DNA of 64,000 nucleotides from Macrostomum lignano (Eukaryota): NCBI GenBank assembly GCA_002269645.1, contig NIVC01000104.1, positions 434,001 to 498,000 of the forward strand, read 5' to 3'. Shown piece by piece: positions 36,364 to 49,734 of this stretch (position 1 is its first letter; each line of letters starts with the position of its first letter). The notes under the pieces were generated by a model. It saw only the letters and a program-made list of their open reading frames with translations, ran no database searches and was not told where the DNA came from. The position numbers and the translations under genes were made by a program.

Positions 36364-36663
36364 TCAAGGACAGTGGCAGCAGTAGCAGCGGCCGCCCAGC
36401 AGACTGTGGCTGTAGGACCAGCGCCGGGACCAGCACGCGCTCAGCCTCTTGCACATGAGGTCGCGCTTCTCCCAGTTGTTGTGCCAGCAGCCGGCGCCCC
36501 TGACGCCGTCGTACTTAGCGCAGGAGAACATCGTGTCCAGCTTGTTCAGGCCGTAGTTGATGATCTTAGTGATGTCCACCGAGATGTCCCAGTTGACCTT
36601 CTGCTCCGACGGCTGCACCATGAATGCCGCCAGTCCAAGGAAAATCAGGAAAACGCACTTCAT
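36364..36663 (-). CDS. Small secreted cysteine-rich cationic peptide (99 aa), family unassigned
   Basis: Signal peptide MKCVFLIFLGLAAFMVQPSEQ; 8 Cys in the mature part; GC-rich coding-like composition; acceptor CAG one base before ATG; upstream donor GTAAGC at 36922; TATAAA at 37013-37008; AATAAA at 36296-36291. Confidence 0.85.
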   Translation of the reverse strand: MKCVFLIFLGLAAFMVQPSEQKVNWDISVDITKIINYGLNKLDTMFSCAKYDGVRGAGCWHNNWEKRDLMCKRLSACWSRRWSYSHSLLGGRCYCCHCP

Positions 36664-37007
36664 TCTGTCCGGTCGGGAAGGAATATATTTAGGTAATTAT
36701 TCATTAAAAATGTTGCGTAACTACGTACGTGACAAGTGAAATCTAAAATTGCCCACCGAAATGCAGAAATACGGATGCAAAAAGGAGATTAGGAGTCGGA
36801 GAGATACAGAGAATTTTAAATAGATGGATTAGGTAGAGGTATAGAATGATACAGAGAAAAACTGAGAGAACAACAAGAGACGAAAAAATTGCACAAACAA
36901 GCAATGAAGAGACGCTGCTTACCTTCTTGTTTCTTTGTCGATTGCTTGATAATATTACTTTGGCTTGTTTAGTTCAGTTAAATATTTGCATAAAGCAGTA
37001 AATCGCA

Positions 37008-37013
37008 TTTATA
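37008..37013 (-). promoter_or_regulatory. TATA box of the cysteine-rich peptide gene
   Basis: TATAAA ~90 nt upstream of the GTAAGC donor (36922) of a short non-coding first exon. Confidence 0.45.
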
Positions 37014-37416
37014 GAAAATTTTCTAGAAGCAACCAAATGGCAAATTCACACATCATATCAATCCTGTTGCGCAGTCACAGTGACATGTTTGTGCGACATG
37101 TTCGTGAGATATGTGAGTCCTCTTGTTGGGCTGGTTATCTTGTCAGGCCAAGATACGCGCGGGTTCTCGGAACAACTGATATATTCTAGCTGAACTCGCC
37201 ATACTTCACTAAGCTTTTGCTGCTATAAGCTTGAAGTGCCTGGACAAAGGAATTGAGATATCTGAAATGAGGTGAGGCCTGGACAGAGAGAAAAAAATCA
37301 TTGATTGAGGAGTTGTTTGCGTGGGTGTTCAGTTGGCAATGACAGCAAGTATAGCGGGCGGTCGTTTGATTAAATTAAATGAGAAAATCCAGTTACCTTG
37401 TGCTTGCGAATTTTGC

Positions 37417-38082
<666 letters not shown>

Positions 38083-38587
38083 CGCCCATCATTTGCATTA
38101 GCCATTGCCCATTAAACTAGGTCTAAACTTTTTTTACAAGAAGGAAGAGTACGAATACGCCATCCGAGGTCACGGGACCTGAGTCACTCTTGCTCAATAT
38201 TTCGGCTATCAGAATTCCTGACCACAGAATCTCTAACTTGGATATTGAATTACAGAAAACCTCGTTGGGAGAGTTCCAATTTTTGCACTTCAAATGTATC
38301 TTTTGGTTGCACTTCTGTCTCGAAATGTAAATTCTAAACACCTGCCGGTGGTCTCGTGTGATTCTTATTGACTTTATTCTAATTAATTTCTTCAATTTAA
38401 CGTGACGATCCTTCCTACTGCTTTTATAGAGTGTGCTCTCTTTTAAACCCAGGGGTCTGCAGACTCCGGCCTACGAAGCTGTCTCTTCTCAGCTCCCGTC
38501 TCTCTAATCGCCCGTCTCTCTTGTCTCGTCGCTTCTCTTTCTTCTCCCTTCTCTCCTCAATCCCTCTTCACACTCCTCTCTTCTTTC

Positions 38588-39098
38588 CTCTCCTCTCCTC
38601 TCCTCTCCTCTCCTCTCCTCTCCTCTCCTCTCCTCTCCTCTCCTCTCCTCCCCTCTCCTCTCCTCTCCTCTCCTCTCCTCTCCTCCCCTCTCCTCTCCTC
38701 TCCTCTCCTCTCCTCTCCTCTCCTCTCCTCTCCTCTCCTCTCCTCCCCTCTCCTCTCCTCTCCTCTCCTCTCCTCTCCTCCCCTCTCCTCTCCTCTCCTC
38801 TCCTCTCCTCTCCTCTCCTCTCCTCTCCTCTCTCCTCTCCTCTCCTCTCCTCTCCTCTCCTCCTCTCTCCTCTCCTCTCCTCTCCTCTCCTCTCCTCTCC
38901 TCCCCTCTCCTCTCCTCTCCTCTCCTCTCCTCTCCTCTCCTCTCCTCTCCTCTCCTCTCCTCTCCTCTCCTCTCCTCCCCTCTCCTCTCCTCTCTTCTCC
39001 TCTCCTCTCCTCTCCTCTCCTCTCCTCTCCTCCCCTCTCCTCTCCTCTCCTCTCCTCTCCTCTCCTCTCCTCTCCTCTCCTCTCTTCTCCCCTCCTCT
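38588..39098 (+). repeat. (CTCTC)n pentanucleotide array
   Basis: Visible array. Confidence 0.95.
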
Positions 39099-39106
39099 CT
39101 ATTCTC

Positions 39107-39248
39107 CAGTGGCGCAACCAGAAATTTGTTGTAAAGACCCAGGGGGAGCGGAGGAGTTGTCTCTGTATTTTGCCGAAAATGCACCTATGGTTTTTTTCAG
39201 GTCTCCGCCTAGGGTGCAGGCGGTCCCCCCCTGCTGGTTGCGCCACTG
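39107..39248. mobile_element. 142-bp MITE with perfect 15-bp TIRs
   Basis: CAGTGGCGCAACCAG (39107) ... CTGGTTGCGCCACTG (39248); TTCTC on both flanks (possible TSD, but context is CT-rich). Confidence 0.75.
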
Positions 39249-39728
39249 TTCTCCTCTCTCCCATAATATGGTCCACAGTCATATGCTAGATTCTCGATCT
39301 GACCTGTGAGTTAAAACAGGTCCAACGTTTGTTAGCAGCGACACCAGCAGCTCCAGCAGCTTCAACGTTGGCTGCCTACGCTCGGAAAACTATACAACTT
39401 CGGGAGCGACCGTGGCGTCAGCCGTGAAGTCAACAAAAAAAGCTTTCAAATAAAAAAGCCAGATAAAACTTACTGAAGCCCATCTGCCTTCATTCGTTTT
39501 ATTTGATCAATTTTAGTAAAACATCCCGTTTACCAACAGTGAGACACGCAATAATGGGAAACGCATTGTTTGCACAGGCGAGGCCATTAGCAAACCTGCA
39601 CACAGTTTCCGTCACTCTTGCCTGTCTGTGTATAAATTCCGGTGAATAGCAAAGTCGTGCAGCTTTGCTTCTGGCTTTTTGACTAAACTGCAAAATATAA
39701 AAATTACCTTCAAAATAGCTTCTTTCGA

Positions 39729-42620
39729 ATGAAAATGTTTATGTCATCAGCCTTCTACATCTACTTAATTTCTATGACAGGTGAGTGTATCAGGCTCCAG
39801 CTTGACAGATTGATCCCAAATCCGCCCCGCCAATCCCAGCCTCCCCCACGCAGCCGCTCATCCCAAATCCGCCCCGCCAGTCCCAGCCTCCCCCACGCAG
39901 CCGCTCATCCCAAACCCGCCCCGCCAGCCTCCCTCACGCAGCCACTCATCCCAAACCCGCCCCGCCAGCCTCCCTCACGCAGGCGCTCATCCCAAACCCG
40001 CCCCGCCAGTCCCAGCCTCCCTCACGCAGCCGCTCATCCCAAACCCGCCCCGCCAGCCTCCCTCACAGCCGCTCATCCCAAACAAGCCCCGCCAGTCCCA
40101 GCCTCCCCCACGCAGCCGCTCATCCCAAACCCGCCCCGCCAGTCCCAGCCTCCCCACGCAGCCGCTCATCCCAAACCCGCCCCGCCAGTCCCAGCCTCCC
40201 TCACGCAGCCGCTCATCCCAAACCCGCCCCGCCAGTCCCAGCCTCCCTCACGCAGGCGCTCATCCCAAACCCGCCCCGCCAGTCCCAGCCTCCCTCACGC
40301 AGCCGCTCATCCCAAACCCGCCCCGCCAGCCTCCCTCACAGCCGCTCATCCCAAACAAGCCCCGCCAGTCCCAGCCTCCCCACGCAGCCGCTCATCCCAA
40401 ACCCGCCCCGCCAGTCCCAGCCTCCCTCACGCAGCCGCTCATCCCAAACCCGCCCCGCCAGTCCCAGCCTCCCTCACGCAGCCGCTCATCCCAAACCCGC
40501 CCCGCCAGTCCCAGCCTCCCTCACGCAGCCGCTCATCCTAAACCCGCCCCGCCAGTCCCAGCCTCCCTCACGCAGCCGCTCATCCCAAACCCGCCCCGCC
40601 AGCCTCCCTCACAGCCGCTCATCCCAAACAAGCCCCGCCAGTCCCAGCCTCCCCCACGCAGCCGCTCATCCCAAACCCGCCCCGCCAGTCCCAGCCTCCC
40701 TCACGCAGCCGCTCATCCCAAACCCGCCCCGCCAGTCCCAGCCTCCCTCACGCAGGCGCTCATCCCAAACCCGCCCCGCCAGTCCCAGCCTCCCTCACGC
40801 AGCCGCTCATCCCAAACCCGCCCCACCAGTCCCAGCCTCCCTCACGCAGGCGCTCGCCAGCTGCAGCAGCTTCATCAACTCCTCCGGCCCGGTCCTGCTC
40901 GACCCGACCGTCAGCAGCCTCATCATCAGCGAGCCCAGCTCAGCCTCCATCCAAGACTGCCTGCTCAGCTGCTGGTCGAGGCGCTGTGCGGCAGTCAGCC
41001 TGCTGCGGGCCAGCCGCGTCTGCCAGCTGCTCTTCGTCGAGGACGCCTCGCGAACTGCCGGACCGCCGGGCAGTCACGCGTGGAGGTCGCTGGGATCCGA
41101 GGCCGGCGCCGAGGTGTGGAAGGCGGTCGACATCGACAGCGTCATCGAGTCGAGGAGGCTCAACATCACGCACGAGTTCTTAAGTGAGACCAGTCCCAAG
41201 TTCTCATTCTCATGCCAGCTCATTCTCATGTCAGCTCATTCTCATGCCAGCTCATTCTCATGCCAGCTCATTCTCATGCCAGCTCATTCTCATGCCAGCT
41301 CATTCTCATGCCAGCTCATTCTCATGCCAGCTCATTCTCATGCCAGCTCATTCTCATACCAGCTCATTCTCATGCCAGCTCATTCTCATGCCAGCTCATT
41401 CTCATGCCAGCTCATTCTCATGCCAGCTCATTCTCATGCCAGCTCATTCTCATGCCAGCTCATTCTCATGCCAGCTCATTCTCATGCCAGCTCATTCTCA
41501 TGCCAGCTCATTCTCATGCCAGCTCATTCTCATGCCAGCTCATTCTCATGCCAGCTCATTCTCATGCCAGCTTATTCTCATGCCAGCTCATTCTCATGCC
41601 AGCTCATTCTCATGCCAGCTCATTCTCATGCCAGCTCATTCTCATGCCAGCTCATTCTCATGCCAGCTTATTCTCATGCCAGCTCATTCTCATGCCAGCT
41701 CATTCTCACAGCAACTCAGTTGACCCACTGACCCCCACTGACTCCCAGACTCGAGCTCGGGCCGCAACGGCTCCATCCAGCAGCTGACAGTCGAGCTGAC
41801 CGGCTGCTACCGAATCGAGGCCCGGGGCGCTGCAGGCGGCTCCAACAGCTTCGCAGGCACAGCTGGCGGGAGCGGAGCCTCGATGTCGGGCCGCTTCAAC
41901 CTGACTGCCGGCGTCCGGCTGTCGATTGTGGTCGGTCAGGCCGGTGGACCGGCCGTCGTCGGCAACTGCGGCGGAGGCGGCGGCGGCGGCAGCTTCGTGT
42001 TCGTCGGCAGCGTCGGCCGTCGCCTTCTGGTCGCCGCGGGGGGCGGGGGCGGGGCGTCCCTTAGTCAAAGTGGCAAGTGAAATTGCTTTGAACTGGCCTC
42101 CCAATGTGGAATGCATGAGCAGCTCCAGGTGCTCTTTAGTTAAGATACGATAAAAAAAGACTTTGAATTATCGATTGCTGGGCACTTATTGAACTCTAAC
42201 CCTTACTCTCAGCCAGACGCACTCAACAAACTCCAGAAAAAAATTAAAGCTATTTATGAAATCTAGCATAGTTATAAGAGCCGGAATAACTTTAGTATGT
42301 CAAGGTTTACACATTCACAATTAGTTCCAGACGATTCTACATACAAGTTTCCTCACCACTGTTTTTAACGGCCAGGCACTTCCGGCCAGTCAGGCCCCAA
42401 CGGAAGCGACTCAACTGGTCTTGTTCAATACACCGGATTCGGTGGCGCCAACGGCGGCCCGGGGTTCAACGACCCCAGCAGGACCCCGGGAAACAGCCAC
42501 CACGGAGGCTGCGGCGCCGGCTGGCTGGGCGGCCCGAAAAAGGCTGGCAAATTGCCAGTGTTTTTTATGAAAGCTCGTAAGAACGCCAAGTTCTCTATCT
42601 TAAAGTTATTTGTTTATTGA
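39729..42620 (+). CDS. Secreted PAN/Apple-like + ALK/LTK-type glycine-rich domain protein, 3'-truncated
   Basis: Exons 39729-39780 (signal), 40830(or 40836)-41183 (SIQDCLLSCWSRRCAAVSL..VCQLL, PAN-like), 41749-42072 (IQQLTV..GCYRIEARGAAGG..L.IVVGQ.G..GGGGGGSFVF..LLVAAGGGGG), 42376-42620. Homology to the inverted copy ends at ~42540. Confidence 0.72.
39805..40855 (+). repeat. ~47-bp C-rich minisatellite overlapping the exon-2 acceptor of the glycine-rich gene
   Basis: (CCGCCCCGCCAGTCCCAGCCTCCCTCACGCAGCCGCTCATCCCAAAC)n with deletion variants. Confidence 0.93.
41200..41710 (+). repeat. 16-bp minisatellite (GCCAGCTCATTCTCAT)n
   Basis: About 32 copies filling intron 41184-41748. Confidence 0.95.
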
Positions 42621-42807
42621 ATTACTATAAAATGCTGTGAAAACTGACTTATAGCATACGATAGTTTGTATTTCAGAAGAATTTTGAAAAGAAACATTAG
42701 CAATTGTATTTCTACTTTAACTTCATCCAAGTGCCAATTTGTCCAGAACATTTAAAGGAATTCAATTTTACCGTTCATAGAAAAATTTTATGCTCATAAC
42801 GTTCTGA

Positions 42808-45030
<2,223 letters not shown>

Positions 45031-45327
45031 GGGCAGGAGATTTGCCCGACGAGCTTTTCCCGCCGAGATTTGGCCCCCAGTGCATTTTTCCCGTCGGGCG
45101 AATTACCCGCCGAGTTTTTTCCCGCTGTTTTCCCCGTGATGCTTTTTCTGGGGGGGGGGGGCAATGCAGACAGAACCTGACAAAGTGCACTGCAGGAAAA
45201 AAAGCATTGCGAGCAAACCTCGGCGGGCAATTCTCATGGATCCTTGTCTACAACTACAAAGCATAGCTACAGGTATAGTAGGAGCTACTAAAGGGTTAGC
45301 GCTAGTCTGTTAATCTAAATATGTAAG

Positions 45328-45590
45328 TATACTCAACAACATTAAAAAGTTGCCACCTTTGAGAGTGCGCAGTATAGGTAAATTCCAGCTCAGTATGGAC
45401 TTTTGAGTGACGCAACTTGGGCCACGCGACGCAGAGTTTGGGCTGGGTGAGGAGGGATTGAGAAGAGCGGAGGGCGAAGATTGAATGGATTGAAGCTTCC
45501 GCCCGGTTTTCATTGTTTTTTCAAGCATTTTAATATCAAAATGATTGTCCAGGGTCAAAGGGTGGCGACTTTTTAATGTTGCTGAGCATA
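45328..45590. mobile_element. ~260-bp MITE with ~35-bp TIRs and TA termini (Tc1/mariner-like)
   Basis: TATACTCAACAACATTAAAAAGTTGCCACCTTTGA versus the reverse complement of TCAAAGGGTGGCGACTTTTTAATGTTGCTGAGCATA. Confidence 0.65.
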
Positions 45591-46248
45591 GAGATGGTTT
45601 TGAAGGCGCGGCCCTTCAATGTGAGAACGTGAAGAGGTGGGATCGACAACAGGTTACGATTGAGTAAAGGAGGGTTTAGGCGGAGAGACAAATTTAATTG
45701 GGATATGACTTCTTGAGCAGGCACGGATGAGCATGGACATGCAAATTAGATAAGGAAGGGGGTTTGCTTGATTGGTGCTCAGGAAAGTCGGAGTGCAGAT
45801 GAACCCTCCACTGCCCTCTGTTAGACAAGGCAGAAGATGACTTTCTACCTTAAAAATTTGCATGCTTTATTATTAAATAATTAAACGTTCTCTAAAAAGG
45901 TCCGTAGATCAATGTTATCATCTGGAGGAGTTCATTTGAGCCGTAATTCGGACACAAGTCTAATTGTCGCGTGTTGATGCAATGCAATACACGTGGCTTA
46001 TCTTCCAATAATATTTGTACTAATTGGCGCACTTTTTATTTACGACTTAATTAAGCCGACCACTTTGTCTGTTTACCTGCCCCCCCCCCCCTCATTCAGT
46101 TCAGTTCAGCAGCCAGAAAATCCACAGTCCAATAAGCATTCGCTGCGGTCCTGAGCCCCGCCGCAATATATATAGGTCTTACAGAAACCCATCTTGAATC
46201 ATTGTCTACTGTAAACTTGCGCTCAAATCTTAACCAACAGGCAACGTC

Positions 46249-48467
46249 ATGACCGACCAGAAGCCCCATAAGCGACGTCGCCACGCCAGATCTCCTAGCG
46301 AAGGCCAGCGTTATTGCCGCGTCTGCGGCGATCTGGCTGCCACTTTCAATTTCGGTCAAATCTGCTGCGAGTCCTGCAAAGCGTTCTTTCGTAGAAATGC
46401 CGAAAAACATTTGGATTGTTCCCATGGCGACGGCAATTGCCTTATAACGGTCACTACTAGACGCACTTGTCGGGCTTGTCGATTTGAGAAATGTCTAGCC
46501 GTTGGCATGCAGCTGGAGTTGCTGTATTCGGCTCCTACGCCTGCTTCCGGTGGTGGCGACGGAGACGACGCTGGCACCCCTGCGGAGTTGGCTGCGGCAG
46601 CACTTTCTGACGACTCGGACGGATCATCGACTGCTGCTGAGTATGACAGTGAACGGTGAGCGCAGTTTTGAACGCTTGAATGCCAGTGTTTAAATGAGCC
46701 GCTATATTAACTTTCTCTTTGGTGGGAATCTTTGCTTGATGAATAGGACGGTGCATGCAAATTTACACTTGTTGCCCAAAACTCTGGATGAACGTGACAG
46801 TTTTGAGGTAGATAGTATCTACAAACGATGCTCAAACCCAGAGACAATAAAATTCAGTTGAACTGCCACGGACTCCAGGGACACCAAGCAGCAGCAGCAG
46901 CCGTCTCAGCTAAACTGGCAGGAAGTTCTCTCCCAGATTATCGACTGTTGCGCCGGTACCACCAGCGGCGTCGACGAACTCGGCAGCGACCACAACCACA
47001 ATCGCCGCTGCCCGAACTTGAACTTCTACTACGGTGACGCTGCCTCAGCCGCCGCCGCCGCTGCCGCCGCTGCCGACTTGTCAGCGCGTCGTCGCGACGA
47101 AGAGTCCGCGTTCATCGGCCAGGTGACCGGCTGGCTGGCCGAGTGCGTCGACTGCGACCTATCGGTGCCGTTCGATATTAAGCACGATCTTCGTCGCGGG
47201 CTGAGCGAACAGCTGGACAGCTGGCAGGACATGATCAGCCAGCTGGAGATTTTCATGCAGCCGGTCATCCAGTTCTGCCGGCTGTTCTTTAAGTCGACTC
47301 TGCTGGCCGAGACGGCGCCCGACTGGCGACAGGAGTTCAGCGTCCGGCTGGTCAAACTGAGGCTGCACGCCCTGCTGGTGCCAATGTTTAGCAGCAGGCT
47401 GGTGTCAGGCAGCACTGGGCAGCTGCAGGTTTGTTAGAGATTATTTAATTTTTTTATATTGATAGAGCATTTTAGCTCCATAGAATATTCATTGTCCAGG
47501 TAATCCTTAGATCAGATAAAAAACTTTTTACCTCAAGGGCCAGACAGAAAATATAGTTCATGGCTGCAGGCCATGGAAAGGAAATGAGAGAGGAAAGTAG
47601 AAAGGATAAAAGATGGGACGTAAGATCAGAGAAAATGGGAGAGTAGAGAAGGGAGAGAATAGAGAGAGAAAGGGAGAGAGGAGGGGAGAAACGGAGAAGA
47701 GAGGAGAGACGGGGAGAGAAGAGATACGGGGAGAGAGGAGAGAGAAATGAGGAGAGATAGAAGAGGAGAGACGGGGAGAGAGAAGAGGCGAGAGAAAGAA
47801 AAAGAACTGCATGAGAAGAGACACAAACCTTGAGCGGGCCGGATTTTGCCGAGCCCTGCCTCAGATCATTAATTCTAGGTAGTTACGAGTATAAGTCTCC
47901 ATCTGCGTCGAAATCATCTCTGTCTCTATCCCAGTCCTCCATCCATCAGGACCTTCATCGAGATGCTGTAATCTCTACGACTCTAAGATACCCTTCCACC
48001 ACTTTGACAAGCAGGTGAGCATCGCAGGCTCCCTGTACAACGTCGACCCCAACAAGAGCATCAGCCAGCTCGACAAATCCTTCATCCCTGGCCTGTCGGC
48101 TCTCACGGCCAACGATCGCTACTTTGCCTACATTGACCGCGTTTTGGAGTCTCGGCAAACCCTAATTGGCCTCTACTCGCTGCTCAAACTGCTGGACCTA
48201 TCTGAGCTGGACAACAACCAGGAGCCTGACTTGGCCGACATCTGTGTCCGCCTGTTCGTCCGCGTGTCCGCCTGTCTTCGACGCGCATTCGCCGACGAAT
48301 TCGCCGACAAATGGCGCGACAAATTGCGCGAGCTGGCCATTCTGTTTGAATGGTCCAGGACATTCGATTCGTCGCTGCAAACTCTGTTTAACGGGCTGGG
48401 CGACGTCAGTCCGACGCCGCTGTTCTCTGAGATCTACTCTGGCCCCGCCGACCAGGTGGCCCCCTGA
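46249..48467 (+). CDS. HR96: Nuclear hormone receptor, NR1J (HR96/DAF-12/NHR-8)-like, 469 aa
   Basis: Exons 46249-46655, 46879-47428, 48015-48467; phases 2,0 are consistent. C4 zinc fingers with P-box CESCKAFFRRNA; C-terminal AF-2-like TPLFSEIY. Confidence 0.88.
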
Positions 48468-49734
48468 TTTATGACTCTCCGACTCCGAGGTTGTTGCTTC
48501 TGCTAGTAGCTTTTTGTAGCTAAACTCAATCCCTGACTCTTTATCGCTCACCGCTAACCTATAGCCCAGTTCGCTTATTGACTTCCTGTAGCTTCATATA
48601 GCTCTCTCTCATTGCTTGAAATGATACTCAAGATCGTTCGTTGCTACATATTTAATACGTCATGGCTTTGATTGTTTGTTATAATAGTTATAAAATTCAA
48701 ATGACAGGTCGGTGAAACATTTGTTGTGTTTTTGTTGACCGTGTTTTGCATAAACGTCGCATTCATTTTTCCTGCAATCTCATCCTACACCTTCAATCTC
48801 ACCCTAAATCTCATCCTGAATCTCAGCGAGTCTCAATCAATCGTCAGCCCCAGCTAAAAGAAGAACCCAGTGGCAGAAAAAAATCTGCACCCTTAACATT
48901 TTGCATAGCAACCGCAGACGACCGTGACTTCCGAAAAGCGTAAACATGTTTACGTTACTCCCTCCACCAATCGCCCTTGGTCTGGTCACGGGGAATAGAT
49001 TCCTATCTTCTGTGCAAGTATCCATCTCTGACGCAGAGAAAAACAAGAAACGCACCCTAGGGTGCACCGTTGGTCAGCCGGTTACCCCAAGTGCCGCGTG
49101 TTTACCTGCACTTTTACCGTCCCCAGGGGTTAGACAGGATATTACTGCATAGACGATGTTTTTCACCCCTGAAAGGCCAACCATGGATCCAAATGTCTAT
49201 CCCAGCATCAAGTTCCGGTTTGCCCTTGTTTGACCTGTTTCACCTCTCTCAGTGTTATTTATCAGCCATTATTGTTTTGCGTTAAACATTTTGCTGTCTC
49301 TTGTTGAAGGTCATTAAAGATTCTGTCCCAAGACTGATAACGAAGGTAATACCAGGTGTTAGACTAGGCCATTAGAACTAGAGGCAAATCAAATTCAGTT
49401 CAAAAGTTATTTATTCAGTTCTCGCCGAATTCTGCTTCTGCTTTGCCTTCATTTGTGCGTATTTTGATGCTCTACGAGTTTTTCTTTGAATTTGCAAACT
49501 TTGCAAAGTAAAAAACTGCTTTTGGAACCGAATGTATAACGGTAGTCTTATTAGTAATGGTTTAGGTAGGGCTAGCTGAAAATAAAATGTTAAATTACTC
49601 ACATCGACCTCCCAAACTTCAGTTCATCTATTTCGTAGTCATTAAATATTTAAATTCATTGATAAAAAAACCTCATCAATACTTCTTCAATCCAAGGTTA
49701 GAATCTTATCCTTAAGTATACATGTAGATTCTCA

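Noticed and set aside
36364-36663. Assignment of the peptide to macin, big defensin or CS-alpha-beta defensin families
   Set aside because: Cys spacing does not match any of these as I know them; left unassigned.
39320-39455. Possible extra exon upstream of the glycine-rich gene
   Set aside because: No recognisable homology, no compatible donor, and the frames end in stops.
40850-40860. CGCAG|GCGCTC as the exon-2 acceptor
   Set aside because: With the phase-1 upstream exon it gives a frame without the PAN motif; in phase 0 the upstream exon would contain TGA.
49411-49602. 63-aa minus-strand ORF or terminal exon
   Set aside because: AT-rich, no homology, and the apparent upstream intron would be only ~27 nt.
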